From Eledone cirrhosa (Eukaryota): a DNA stretch of 64,000 bases. Below are positions 14,111 through 30,246 of the stretch, one piece after another. A program made the translations under genes and the position numbers. Position 1 is the stretch's first letter. Every line of letters begins with the position of its first letter. The notes below the pieces were generated by a model. It searched no databases, had not been told where the DNA came from, and worked only from the letters and a program-made list of their open reading frames with translations. The stretch is taken from assembly GCA_964016885.1 (NCBI GenBank), contig CAXHJY010000161.1, positions 62,001 through 126,000 on the forward strand, in the 5' to 3' direction.

Positions 14111-16599
14111 ACACTGGCACTGACACAGAAAACAGCAACAATTACAACAACACTGGCACTGACAGAGAAAACAGCAACAACTACAACAACACTGGCACTG
14201 ACAGAGAAAACAGCAACAACTACAACAACACTGGCACTGACAGAGAAAACAGCAACAACTACAACAACACTGGCACTGACACAGAAAACAGCAACAACTA
14301 CAACAACACTGGCACTGACACAGAAAACAGCAACAGCAACAACACTGGCACTGACACAGAAAACAGCAACAAAAACAACACTGGCACTGACAGAGAAAAC
14401 AGCAACAACAACACTGGCACTGACAGAGAAAACAGCAACAACAACAACACTGGCACTGACAGAGAAAACAGCAACAACAACACTGGCACTGACAGAGAAA
14501 ACAGCAACAACAACAACAGTGGCACAGACACAGAAAACAGCAACAACAACAGTGGCACTGACACAGAAAACAGCAACAACTACAACAACACTGGCACTGA
14601 GAGAGAAAACAGCAACAACAACAACACTGGCACTGACACAGAAAACAGAAACAACTACAATAACACTGGCACTGACAGAGAAAGCAGCAACAACTACAAC
14701 AACACTGGCACTGACAGAGAAAACAGCAACAGCAACAACACTGGCACTGACACAGAAAACAGCAACAACTACAACAACACTGGCACTAACACAGAAAACA
14801 GCAACAACTACAACATCACTGGCACTGACAGAGAAAACATCAACAGCAACAACACTGGCACTGACATTGAAAATAGCAACAACAACAACACTGGCACTGA
14901 CACAGAAAACAGCAACAACTACAACAACACTGGCACTGTCAGAGAAAACAGCAACAACTACAACACTGGCACTGACAGAGAAAACAGCAACAACAACACT
15001 GGCACTGACACAGAAAACAGCAACAACTACAACAACACTGGCACTGACAGAGAAAACAGCAACAACTACAACAACACTGTCACTGACAGAGAAAACAGCA
15101 ACAACTACAACAACACTGGCACTGACACAGAAAACAGCAACAACTACAACAACACTGGCACTGACAGAGAAAACAGCAACAACAACAACACTGGCACTGA
15201 CATAGAAAACAGCAACAACTACAACAACACTGGCACTGACAGAGAAAGCAGCAACAACTACAACAACACTGGCACTGACAGAGAAAACAGCAACAGCAAC
15301 AACACTGGCACTGACACAGAAAACAGCAACAACTACAACAACACTGGCACTAACACAGAAAACAGCAACAACTACAACATCACTGGCACTGACAGAGAAA
15401 ACAGCAACAGCAACAACACTGGCACTGAGAGTGAAAATAGCAACAACAACAACACTGGCACTGACACAGAAAACAGCAACAACAACAACACTGGCACTGA
15501 CACAGAAAACCGGCAACAATTACAACAACACTGGCACTGACAGAAAAAACAGCAACAACTACAACACTGGCACTGACAGAGAAAACAGCAGCAACAACAA
15601 CAACACTGGCACTGACAGAGAAAACAGCAACAACTACAACAACACTGGCACTGACACAGAAAACAGCAACAACTACAACAACACTGGCACTGACAGAGAA
15701 AACAGCAACAACTACAACAACACTGGCACTGACAGAGAAAACAGCAACAACAACAACACTGGCACTGACACAGAAAACAGCAACAACTACAACAACACTG
15801 GCACTGACAGAGAAAACAGCAACAACTACAACAAAACTGGCACTGACAGAGAAAACAGCAACAACTACAACAACACTGGCACTGACACAGTAAACAGCAA
15901 CAACTACAACAACACTGACACAGAAAACAGCAACAGCTACAACAACACTGGCACTGACAGAGAAAACAGCAACAACAACAACACTGGCACTGACACAGAA
16001 AACAGCAACAACTACAACAACACTGGCACTGACAGTGAAAATAGCAACAACAACACTGGCACTGACACAGAAAACAGCAACAACAACAACACTGGCACTG
16101 ACACAGAAAACAGCAACAACAGCAACAACACTGGCACTGACACAGAAAACAGCAACAATTACAACAACACTGGCACTGACAGAGAAAACAGCAACAACTA
16201 CAACAACACTGGCACTGACACAGAAAACAGCAACAACTACAACAACACTGGCACTGACACAGAAAACAGCAACAACAACAACACTGGCACTGACAGAGAA
16301 AACAGCAACAATAAGACTGGCACTGGCAGAGAAAACAGCAACAACATCAACACTGGCACAGACACAGAAAACAGCAACAACAACAGTGGCACTGACACAG
16401 AAAACAGCAACAACTACAACAACACTGGCACTGACAGAGAAAACAGCAACAACAACAACACTGGCACTGACACAGAAAACAGCAACAACTACAACAACAC
16501 TGGCACTGACAGAGAAAACAGCAACAACTACAACAACACTGGCACTGACAGAGAAAACAGCAACAACTACAACAACACTGGCACTGACACAGAAAACAG

Positions 16600-17350
16600 C
16601 AACAACTACAACAACACTGGCACTGACACAGAAAACAGCAACAGCTACAACAACACTGGCACTGACAGAGAAAACAGCAACAACAACAACACTGGCACTG
16701 ACACAGAAAACAGCAACAACTACAACAACACTGGCACTGACAGTGAAAATAGCAACAACAACACTGGCACTGACACAGAAAACAGCAACAACAACAACAC
16801 TGGCACTGACACAGAAAACAGCAAGAACAGCAACAACACTGGCACTGACACAGAAAACAGCAACAATTACAACAACACTGGCACTGACAGAGAAAACAGC
16901 AACAACTACAACAACACTGGCACTGACAGAGAAAACAGCAACAACAAAAACACTGGCACTGACACAGAAACAGCAACAACTACAACAACACTGGCACTGA
17001 CACAGAAAACAGCAACAGCTACAACAACACTGGCACTGACAGAGAAAACAGCAACAACAACAACACTGGCACTGACACAGAAAACAGCAACAACTACAAC
17101 AACACTGGCACTGACAGTGAAAATAGCAACAACAACACTGGCACTGACACAGAAAACAGCAACAACAACAACACTGGCACTGACACAGAAAACAGCAAGA
17201 ACAGCAACAACACTGGCACTGACACAGAAAACAGCAACAATTACAACAACACTGGCACTGACAGAGAAAACAGCAACAACTACAACAACACTGGCACTGA
17301 CAGAGAAAACAGCAACAACAAAAACACTGGCACTGACACAGAAACAGCAA
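16600..17350 (+). repeat. 374-bp (10-monomer) local tandem duplication containing the -1 variant; recurs at ~25690-26440
   Basis: CAGAAACAGC at 16965/17339 and 26056/26430. AGCAAGAACAGC and GTGAAAATAGC variants repeat at the same offset. Confidence 0.85.
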
Positions 17351-17666
17351 CAACTACAACAACACTGGCACTGACAGAGAAAACGGCAACAACTACAACA
17401 ACACTGGCACTGACAGAGAAAACAGCAACAGCAACAACACTGGCACTGACACAGAAAACAGCAACAAAAACAACACTGGCACTGACAGAGAAAACAGCAA
17501 CAACAACACTGGCACTGACAGAGAAAACAGCAACAACAACAACAACACTGGCACTGACAGAGAAAACAGCAACAACAACACTGGCACTGACAGAGAAAAC
17601 AGCAACAACAACAACAGTGGCACAGACACAGAAAACAGCAACAACAAGAGTGGCACTGACACAGAA

Positions 17667-20600
17667 AACAGCAACAACTACAACAACACTGGCACTGACA
17701 GAGAAAACAGCAACAACAACAACACTGGCACTGACACAGAAAACAGAAACAACTACAACAACACTGGCACTGACAGAGAAAACAGCAACAACAAAAACAC
17801 TGGCACTGACACAGAAACAGCAACAACTACAACAACACTGGCACTGACAGAGAAAACGGCAACAACTACAACAACACTGGCACTGACAGAGAAAACAGCA
17901 ACAGCAACAACACTGGCACTGACACAGAAAACAGCAACAAAAACAACACTGGCACTGACAGAGAAAACAGCAACAACAACACTGGCACTGACAGAGAAAA
18001 CAGCAACAACAACAACACTGGCACTGACAGAGAAAACAGCAACAACAACACTGGCACTGACAGAGAAAACAGCAACAACAACAACAGTGGCACAGACACA
18101 GAAAACAGCAACAACAACAGTGGCACTGACACAGAAAACAGCAACAACTACAACAACACTGGCACTGACAGAGAAAACAGCAACAACAACAACACTGGCA
18201 CTGACACAGAAAACAGAAACAACTACAATAACACTGGCACTGACAGAGAAAGCAGCAACAACTACAACAACACTGGCACTGACAGAGAAAACAGCAACAG
18301 CAACAACACTGGCACTGACACAGAAAACAGCAACAACTACAACAACACTGGCACTAACACAGAAAACAGCAACAACTACAACATCACTGGCACTGACAGA
18401 GAAAACATCAACAGCAACAACACTGGCACTGACATTGAAAATAGCAACAACAACAACACTGGCACTGACACAGAAAACAGCAACAACTACAACAACACTG
18501 GCACTGTCAGAGAAAACAGCAACAACTACAACACTGGCACTGACAGAGAAAACAGCAACAACAACACTGGCACTGACACAGAAAACAGCAACAACTACAA
18601 CAACACTGGCACTGACAGAGAAAACAGCAACAACTACAACAACACTGGCACTGACAGAGAAAACAGCAACAACTACAACAACACTGGCACTGACACAGAA
18701 AACAGCAACAACTACAACAACACTGGCACTGACAGAGAAATCAGCAACAACAACAACACTGGCACTGACACAGAAAACAGCAACAACTACAACAACACTG
18801 GCACTGACAGAGAAAGCAGCAACAACTACAACAACACTGGCACTGACAGAGAAAACAGCAACAGCAACAACACTGGCACTGACACAGAAAACAGCAACAA
18901 CTACAACAACACTGGCACTAACACAGAAAACAGCAACAACTACAACATCACTGGCACTGACAGAGAAAACAGCAACAGCAACAACACTGGCACTGAGAGT
19001 GAAAATAGCAACAACAACAACACTGGCACTGACACAGAAAACAGCAACAACAACAACACTGGCACTGACACAGAAAACCGGCAACAATTACAACAACACT
19101 GGCACTGACAGAAAAAACAGCAACAACTACAACACTGGCACTGACAGAGAAAACAGCAGCAACAACAACAACACTGGCACTGACAGAGAAAACAGCAACA
19201 ACTACAACAACACTGGCACTGACACAGAAAACAGCAACAACTACAACAACACTGGCACTGACAGAGAAAACAGCAACAACTACAACAACACTGGCACTGA
19301 CAGAGAAAACAGCAACAACAACAACACTGGCACTGACACAGAAAACAGCAACAACTACAACAACACTGGCACTGACAGAGAAAACAGCAACAACTACGAC
19401 AAAACTGGCACTGACAGAGAAAACAGCAACAACTACAACAACACTGGCACTGACACAGTAAACAGCAACAACTACAACAACACTGACACAGAAAACAGCA
19501 ACAGCTACAACAACACTGGCACTGATAGAGAAAACAGCAACAACAACAACACTGGCACTGACACAGAAAACAGCAACAACTACAACAACACTGGCACTGA
19601 CAGTGAAAATAGCAACAACAACACTGGCACTGACACAGAAAACAGCAACAACAACAACACTGGCACTGACACAGAAAACAGCAACAACAGCAACAACACT
19701 GGCACTGACACAGAAAACAGCAACAATTACAACAACACTGGCACTGACAGAGAAAACAGCAACAACTACAACAACACTGGCACTGACACAGAAAACAGCA
19801 ACAACTACAACAACACTGGCACTGACACAGAAAACAGCAACAACAACAACACTGGCACTGACAGAGAAAACAGCAACAATAAGACTGGCACTGGCAGAGA
19901 AAACATCAACAACAACAACACTGGCACAGACACAGAAAACAGCAACAACAACAGTGGCACTGACACAGAAAACAGCAACAACTACAACAACACTGGCACT
20001 GACAGAGAAAACAGCAACAACAACAACACTGGCACTGACACAGAAAACAGCAACAACTACAACAACACTGGCACTGACAGAGAAAACAACAACAACTACA
20101 ACAACACTGGCACTGACAGAGAAAACAGCAACAACTACAACAACACTGGCACTGACACAGAAAACAGCAACAACTACAACAACACTGGCACTGACACAGA
20201 AAACAGCAACAGCTACAACAACACTGGCACTGACAGAGAAAACAGCAACAACAACAACACTGGCACTGACACAGAAAACAGCAACAACTACAACAACACT
20301 GGCACTGACAGTGAAAATAGCAACAACAACACTGGCACTGACACAGAAAACAGCAACAACAACAACACTGGCACTGACACAGAAAACAGCAACAACAGCA
20401 ACAACACTGGCACTGACACAGAAAACAGCAACAATTACAACAACACTGGCACTGACAGAGAAAACAGCAACAACTACAACAACACTGGCACTGACAGAGA
20501 AAACAGCAACAACAAAAACACTGGCACTGACACAGAAACAGCAACAACTACAACAACACTGGCACTGACAGAGAAAACGGCAACAACTACAACAACACTG

Positions 20601-23600
20601 GCACTGACAGAGAAAACAGCAACAGCAACAACACTGGCACTGACACAGAAAACAGCAACACAAACAACACTGGCACTGACAGAGAAAACAGCAACAACAA
20701 CACTGGCACTGACAGAGAAAACAGCAACAACAACAACACTGGCACTGACAGAGAAAACAGCAACAAAAACACTGGCACTGACAGAGAAAACAGCAACAAC
20801 AACAACAGTGGCACAGACACAGAAAACAGCAACAACAACAGTGGCACTGACACAGAAAACAGCAACAACTACAACAACACTGGCACTGACAGAGAAAACA
20901 GCAACAACAACAACACTGGCACTGACACAGAAAACAGAAACAACTACAACAACACTGGCACTGACAGAGAAAGCAGCAACAACTACAACAACACTGGCAC
21001 TGACAGAGAAAACAGCAACAGCAACAACACTGGCACTGACACAGAAAACAGCAACAACTACAACAACACTGGCACTAACACAGAAAACAGCAACAACTAC
21101 AACATCACTGGCACTGACAGAGAAAACAGCAACAGCAACAACACTGGCACTGACACAGAAAACAGCAACAACAACAACACTGGCACTGACAGAGAAAACA
21201 GCAACAATAAGACTGGCACTGGCAGAGAAAACAGCAACAACAACAACACTGGCACAGACACAGAAAACAGCAACAACAACAGTGGCACTGACACAGAAAA
21301 CAGCAACAACTACAACACTGGCACTGACAGAGAAAACAGCAACAACAACAACACTGGCACTGACACAGAAAACAGCAACAACTACAACAACACTGGCACT
21401 GACAGAGAAAACAGCAACAACTACAACAACACTGGCACTGACAGAGAAAACAGCAACAACTACAACAACACTGGCACTGACACAGAAAACAGCAACAACT
21501 ACAACAACACTGGCACTGACACAGAAAACAGCAACAGCTACAACAACACTGGCACTGACAGAGAAAACAGCAACAACAACAACACTGGCACTGACACAGA
21601 AAACAGCAACAACTACAACAACACTGGCACTGACAGTGAAAATAGCAACAACAACACTGGCACTGACACAGAAAACAGCAACAACAACAACACTGGCACT
21701 GACACAGAAAACAGCAAGAACAGCAACAACACTGGCACTGACACAGAAAACAGCAACAATTACAACAACACTGGCACTGACAGAGAAAACAGCAACAACT
21801 ACAACAACACTGGCACTGACAGAGAAAACAGCAACAACAAAAACACTGGCACTGACACAGAAACAGCAACAACTACAACAACACTGGCACTGACAGAGAA
21901 AACAGCAACAACAACAACACTGGCACTGACACAGAAAACAGAAACAACTACAACAACACTGGCACTGACAGAGAAAACAGCAACAACAAAAACACTGGCA
22001 CTGACACAGAAACAGCAACAACTACAACAACACTGGCACTGACAGAGAAAACGGCAACAACTACAACAACACTGGCACTGACAGAGAAAACAGCAACAGC
22101 AACAACACTGGCACTGACACAGAAAACAGCAACAAAAACAACACTGGCACTGACAGAGAAAACAGCAACAACAACACTGGCACTGACAGAGAAAACAGCA
22201 ACAACAACAACACTGGCACTGACAGAGAAAACAGCAACAACAACACTGGCACTGACAGAGAAAACAGCAACAACAACAACAGTGGCACAGACACAGAAAA
22301 CAGCAACAACAACAGTGGCACTGACACAGAAAACAGCAACAACTACAACAACACTGGCACTGACAGAGAAAACAGCAACAACAACAACACTGGCACTGAC
22401 ACAGAAAACAGAAACAACTACAATAACACTGGCACTGACAGAGAAAGCAGCAACAACTACAACAACACTGGCACTGACAGAGAAAACAGCAACAGCAACA
22501 ACACTGGCACTGACACAGAAAACAGCAACAACTACAACAACACTGGCACTAACACAGAAAACAGCAACAACTACAACATCACTGGCACTGACAGAGAAAA
22601 CATCAACAGCAACAACACTGGCACTGACATTGAAAATAGCAACAACAACAACACTGGCACTGACACAGAAAACAGCAACAACTACAACAACACTGGCACT
22701 GTCAGAGAAAACAGCAACAACTACAACACTGGCACTGACAGAGAAAACAGCAACAACAACACTGGCACTGACACAGAAAACAGCAACAACTACAACAACA
22801 CTGGCACTGACAGAGAAAACAGCAACAACTACAACAACACTGGCACTGACAGAGAAAACAGCAACAACTACAACAACACTGGCACTGACACAGAAAACAG
22901 CAACAACTACAACAACACTGGCACTGACAGAGAAATCAGCAACAACAACAACACTGGCACTGACACAGAAAACAGCAACAACTACAACAACACTGGCACT
23001 GACAGAGAAAGCAGCAACAACTACAACAACACTGGCACTGACAGAGAAAACAGCAACAGCAACAACACTGGCACTGACACAGAAAACAGCAACAACTACA
23101 ACAACACTGGCACTAACACAGAAAACAGCAACAACTACAACATCACTGGCACTGACAGAGAAAACAGCAACAGCAACAACACTGGCACTGAGAGTGAAAA
23201 TAGCAACAACAACAACACTGGCACTGACACAGAAAACAGCAACAACAACAACACTGGCACTGACACAGAAAACCGGCAACAATTACAACAACACTGGCAC
23301 TGACAGAAAAAACAGCAACAACTACAACACTGGCACTGACAGAGAAAACAGCAGCAACAACAACAACACTGGCACTGACAGAGAAAACAGCAACAACTAC
23401 AACAACACTGGCACTGACACAGAAAACAGCAACAACTACAACAACACTGGCACTGACAGAGAAAACAGCAACAACTACAACAACACTGGCACTGACAGAG
23501 AAAACAGCAACAACAACAACACTGGCACTGACACAGAAAACAGCAACAACTACAACAACACTGGCACTGACAGAGAAAACAGCAACAACTACAACAAAAC

Positions 23601-26059
23601 TGGCACTGACAGAGAAAACAGCAACAACTACAACAACACTGGCACTGACACAGTAAACAGCAACAACTACAACAACACTGACACAGAAAACAGCAACAGC
23701 TACAACAACACTGGCACTGATAGAGAAAACAGCAACAACAACAACACTGGCACTGACACAGAAAACAGCAACAACTACAACAACACTGGCACTGACAGTG
23801 AAAATAGCAACAACAACACTGGCACTGACACAGAAAACAGCAACAACAACAACACTGGCACTGACACAGAAAACAGCAACAACAGCAACAACACTGGCAC
23901 TGACACAGAAAACAGCAACAATTACAACAACACTGGCACTGACAGAGAAAACAGCAACAACTACAACAACACTGGCACTGACACAGAAAACAGCAACAAC
24001 TACAACAACACTGGCACTGACACAGAAAACAGCAACAACAACAACACTGGCACTGACAGAGAAAACAGCAACAATAAGACTGGCACTGGCAGAGAAAACA
24101 TCAACAACAACAACACTGGCACAGACACAGAAAACAGCAACAACAACAGTGGCACTGACACAGAAAACAGCAACAACTACAACAACACTGGCACTGACAG
24201 AGAAAACAGCAACAACAACAACACTGGCACTGACACAGAAAACAGCAACAACTACAACAACACTGGCACTGACAGAGAAAACAACAACAACTACAACAAC
24301 ACTGGCACTGACAGAGAAAACAGCAACAACTACAACAACACTGGCACTGACACAGAAAACAGCAACAACTACAACAACACTGGCACTGACACAGAAAACA
24401 GCAACAGCTACAACAACACTGGCACTGACAGAGAAAACAGCAACAACAACAACACTGGCACTGACACAGAAAACAGCAACAACTACAACAACACTGGCAC
24501 TGACAGTGAAAATAGCAACAACAACACTGGCACTGACACAGAAAACAGCAACAACAACAACACTGGCACTGACACAGAAAACAGCAACAACAGCAACAAC
24601 ACTGGCACTGACACAGAAAACAGCAACAATTACAACAACACTGGCACTGACAGAGAAAACAGCAACAACTACAACAACACTGGCACTGACAGAGAAAACA
24701 GCAACAACAAAAACACTGGCACTGACACAGAAACAGCAACAACTACAACAACACTGGCACTGACAGAGAAAACGGCAACAACTACAACAACACTGGCACT
24801 GACAGAGAAAACAGCAACAGCAACAACACTGGCACTGACACAGAAAACAGCAACAAAAACAACACTGGCACTGACAGAGAAAACAGCAACAACAACACTG
24901 GCACTGACAGAGAAAACAGCAACAACAACAACACTGGCACTGACAGAGAAAACAGCAACAACAACACTGGCACTGACAGAGAAAACAGCAACAACAACAA
25001 CAGTGGCACAGACACAGAAAACAGCAACAACAACAGTGGCACTGACACAGAAAACAGCAACAACTACAACAACACTGGCACTGACAGAGAAAACAGCAAC
25101 AACAAAAACACTGGCACTGACACAGAAAACAGAAACAACTACAACAACACTGGCACTGACAGAGAAAGCAGCAACAACTACAACAACACTGGCACTGACA
25201 GAGAAAACAGCAACAGCAACAACACTGGCACTGACACAGAAAACAGCAACAACTACAACAACACTGGCACTAACACAGAAAACAGCAACAACTACAACAT
25301 CACTGGCACTGACAGAGAAAACAGCAACAGCAACAACACTGGCACTGACACAGAAAACAGCAACAACAACAACACTGGCACTGACAGAGAAAACAGCAAC
25401 AATAAGACTGGCACTGGCAGAGAAAACAGCAACAACAACAACACTGGCACAGACACAGAAAACAGCAACAACAACAGTGGCACTGACACAGAAAACAGCA
25501 ACAACTACAACAACACTGGTACTGACAGAGAAAACAGCAACAACAACAACACTGGCACTGACACAGAAAACAGCAACAACTACAACAACACTGGCACTGA
25601 CAGAGAAAACAGCAACAACTACAACAACACTGGCACTGACAGAGAAAACAGCAACAACTACAACAACACTGGCACTGACACAGAAAACAGCAACAACTAC
25701 AACAACACTGGCACTGACACAGAAAACAGCAACAGCTACAACAACACTGGCACTGACAGAGAAAACAGCAACAACAACAACACTGGCACTGACACAGAAA
25801 ACAGCAACAACTACAACAACACTGGCACTGACAGTGAAAATAGCAACAACAACACTGGCACTGACACAGAAAACAGCAACAACAACAACACTGGCACTGA
25901 CACAGAAAACAGCAAGAACAGCAACAACACTGGCACTGACACAGAAAACAGCAACAATTACAACAACACTGGCACTGACAGAGAAAACAGCAACAACTAC
26001 AACAACACTGGCACTGACAGAGAAAACAGCAACAACAAAAACACTGGCACTGACACAGA
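17667..26059 (+). repeat. ~4,195-bp tandem higher-order duplication (~17667-21861 and ~21862-26059)
   Basis: ORF pairs 17753/21948, 18087/22282 and 19603/23798 are offset by 4195. Private variants GAAATCAGC (T at 18741/22936) and TGATAGAG (T at 19526/23721) share this offset. A few substitutions and one 3-bp difference separate the copies. Confidence 0.92.
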
Positions 26060-29000
26060 AACAGCAACAACTACAACAACACTGGCACTGACACAGAAAA
26101 CAGCAACAGCTACAACAACACTGGCACTGACAGAGAAAACAGCAACAACAACAACACTGGCACTGACACAGAAAACAGCAACAACTACAACAACACTGGC
26201 ACTGACAGTGAAAATAGCAACAACAACACTGGCACTGACACAGAAAACAGCAACAACAACAACACTGGCACTGACACAGAAAACAGCAAGAACAGCAACA
26301 ACACTGGCACTGACACAGAAAACAGCAACAATTACAACAACACTGGCACTGACAGAGAAAACAGTAACAACTACAACAACACTGGCACTGACAGAGAAAA
26401 CAGCAACAACAAAAACACTGGCACTGACACAGAAACAGCAACAACTACAACAACACTGGCACTGACAGAGAAAACGGCAACAACTACAACAACACTGGCA
26501 CTGACAGAGAAAACAGCAACAGCAACAACACTGGCACTGACACAGAAAACAGCAACAAAAACAACACTGGCACTGACAGAGAAAACAGCAACAACAACAC
26601 TGGCACTGACAGAGAAAACAGCAACAACAACAACAACACTGGCACTGACAGAGAAAACAGCAACAACAACACTGGCACTGACAGAGAAAACAGCAACAAC
26701 AACAACAGTGGCACAGACACAGAAAACAGCAACAACAAGAGTGGCACTGACACAGAAAACAGCAACAACTACAACAACACTGGCACTGACAGAGAAAACA
26801 GCAACAACAACAACACTGGCACTGACACAGAAAACAGAAACAACTACAACAACACTGGCACTGACAGAGAAAACAGCAACAACAAAAACACTGGCACTGA
26901 CACAGAAACAGCAACAACTACAACAACACTGGCACTGACAGAGAAAACGGCAACAACTACAACAACACTGGCACTGACAGAGAAAACAGCAACAGCAACA
27001 ACACTGGCACTGACACAGAAAACAGCAACAAAAACAACACTGGCACTGACAGAGAAAACAGCAACAACAACACTGGCACTGACAGAGAAAACAGCAACAA
27101 CAACAACACTGGCACTGACAGAGAAAACAGCAACAACAACACTGGCACTGACAGAGAAAACAGCAACAACAACAACAGTGGCACAGACACAGAAAACAGC
27201 AACAACAACAGTGGCACTGACACAGAAAACAGCAACAACTACAACAACACTGGCACTGACAGAGAAAACAGCAACAACAACAACACTGGCACTGACACAG
27301 AAAACAGAAACAACTACAATAACACTGGCACTGACAGAGAAAGCAGCAACAACTACAACAACACTGGCACTGACAGAGAAAACAGCAACAGCAACAACAC
27401 TGGCACTGACACAGAAAACAGCAACAACTACAACAACACTGGCACTAACACAGAAAACAGCAACAACTACAACATCACTGGCACTGACAGAGAAAACATC
27501 AACAGCAACAACACTGGCACTGACATTGAAAATAGCAACAACAACAACACTGGCACTGACACAGAAAACAGCAACAACTACAACAACACTGGCACTGTCA
27601 GAGAAAACAGCAACAACTACAACACTGGCACTGACAGAGAAAACAGCAACAACAACACTGGCACTGACACAGAAAACAGCAACAACTACAACAACACTGG
27701 CACTGACAGAGAAAACAGCAACAACTACAACAACACTGGCATGGACAGAGAAAACAGCAACAACTACAACAACACTGGCACTGACACAGAAAACAGCAAC
27801 AACTACAACAACACTGGCACTGACAGAGAAATCAGCAACAACAACAACACTGGCACTGACACAGAAAACAGCAACAACTACAACAACACTGGCACTGACA
27901 GAGAAAGCAGCAACAACTACAACAACACTGGCACTGACAGAGAAAACAGCAACAGCAACAACACTGGCACTGACACAGAAAACAGCAACAACTACAACAA
28001 CACTGGCACTAACACAGAAAACAGCAACAACTACAACATCACTGGCACTGACAGAGAAAACAGCAACAGCAACAACACTGGCACTGAGAGTGAAAATAGC
28101 AACAACAACAACACTGGCACTGACACAGAAAACAGCAACAACAACAACACTGGCACTGACACAGAAAACCGGCAACAATTACAACAACACTGGCACTGAC
28201 AGAAAAAACAGCAACAACTACAACACTGGCACTGACAGAGAAAACAGCAGCAACAACAACAACACTGGCACTGACAGAGAAAACAGCAACAACTACAACA
28301 ACACTGGCACTGACACAGAAAACAGCAACAACTACAACAACACTGGCACTGACAGAGAAAACAGCAACAACTACAACAACACTGGCACTGACAGAGAAAA
28401 CAGCAACAACAACAACACTGGCACTGACACAGAAAACAGCAACAACTACAACAACACTGGCACTGACAGAGAAAACAGCAACAACTACAACAAAACTGGC
28501 ACTGACAGAGAAAACAGCAACAACTACAACAACACTGGCACTGACACAGTAAACAGCAACAACTACAACAACACTGACACAGAAAACAGCAACAGCTACA
28601 ACAACACTGGCACTGATAGAGAAAACAGCAACAACAACAACACTGGCACTGACACAGAAAACAGCAACAACTACAACAACACTGGCACTGACAGTGAAAA
28701 TAGCAACAACAACACTGGCACTGACACAGAAAACAGCAACAACAACAACACTGGCACTGACACAGAAAACAGCAACAACAGCAACAACACTGGCACTGAC
28801 ACAGAAAACAGCAACAATTACAACAACACTGGCACTGACAGAGAAAACAGCAACAACTACAACAACACTGGCACTGACACAGAAAACAGCAACAACTACA
28901 ACAACACTGGCACTGACACAGAAAACAGCAACAACAACAACACTGGCACTGACAGAGAAAACAGCAACAATAAGACTGGCACTGGCAGAGAAAACATCAA

Positions 29001-30246
29001 CAACAACAACACTGGCACAGACACAGAAAACAGCAACAACAACAGTGGCACTGACACAGAAAACAGCAACAACTACAACAACACTGGCACTGACAGAGAA
29101 AACAGCAACAACAACAACACTGGCACTGACACAGAAAACAGCAACAACTACAACAACACTGGCACTGACAGAGAAAACAACAACAACTACAACAACACTG
29201 GCACTGACAGAGAAAACAGCAACAACTACAACAACACTGGCACTGACACAGAAAACAGCAACAACTACAACAACACTGGCACTGACACAGAAAACAGCAA
29301 CAGCTACAACAACACTGGCACTGACAGAGAAAACAGCAACAACAACAACACTGGCACTGACACAGAAAACAGCAACAACTACAACAACACTGGCACTGAC
29401 AGTGAAAATAGCAACAACAACACTGGCACTGACACAGAAAACAGCAACAACAACAACACTGGCACTGACACAGAAAACAGCAACAACAGCAACAACACTG
29501 GCACTGACACAGAAAACAGCAACAATTACAACAACACTGGCACTGACAGAGAAAACAGCAACAACTACAACAACGCTGGCACTGACAGAGAAAACAGCAA
29601 CAACAAAAACACTGGCACTGACACAGAAACAGCAACAACTACAACAACACTGGCACTGACAGAGAAAACGGCAACAACTACAACAACACTGGCACTGACA
29701 GAGAAAACAGCAACAGCAACAACACTGGCACTGACACAGAAAACAGCAACAAAAACAACACTGGCACTGACAGAGAAAACAGCAACAACAACACTGGCAC
29801 TGACAGAGAAAACAGCAACAACAACAACACTGGCACTGACAGAGAAAACAGCAACAACAACACTGGCACTGACAGAGAAAACAGCAACAACAACAACAGT
29901 GGCACAGACACAGAAAACAGCAACAACAACAGTGGCACTGACACAGAAAACAGCAACAACTACAACAACACTGGCACTGACAGAGAAAACAGCAACAACA
30001 ACAACACTGGCACTGACACAGAAAACAGAAACAACTACAACAACACTGGCACTGACAGAGAAAGCAGCAACAACTACAACAACACTGGCACTGACAGAGA
30101 AAACAGCAACAGCAACAACACTGGCACTGACACAGAAAACAGCAACAACTACAACAACACTGGCACTAACACAGAAAACAGCAACAACTACAACATCACT
30201 GGCACTGACAGAGAAAACAGCAACAGCAACAACACTGGCACTGACA
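25340..30246 (+). repeat. ~4.9-kb copy of segment ~16250-21155 (offset 9,091 bp; 4,896 bp from the neighbouring unit)
   Basis: AATAAG at 16310/25401, -1 marker at 16965/26056, 17339/26430, 17812/26903 and 20533/29624, AACATC at 21101/30192. ORFs 16906/25997 and 17617/26708 share the offset. Confidence 0.88.

Noticed and set aside
279-15205. Thr-rich mucin- or antifreeze-glycoprotein-like CDSs (279-3893, 5195-9718, 10238-15205 and similar later ORFs)
   Set aside because: They start at internal GTG/TTG variants, have no unique domains, and are interrupted by amplified stops and frameshifts. Most variants are non-synonymous, Pro and Ser are nearly absent, and there are no (Ala-Ala-Thr)n repeats. 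The openness follows from the monomer structure.
3799-15519. 3,906-aa Val-rich ORF on the minus strand
   Set aside because: It is the antisense of the AAC-rich frame. A wholly hydrophobic V/A/S/F/C polymer is implausible, and few single mutations can create a stop in this frame.
27741-28199. ATG-initiated 152-aa Asn-rich ORF
   Set aside because: The ATG comes from a singleton change (GGCACTGAC->GGCATGGAC) absent from the sister copies near 18650 and 22845. It is likely a private mutation or a consensus error.
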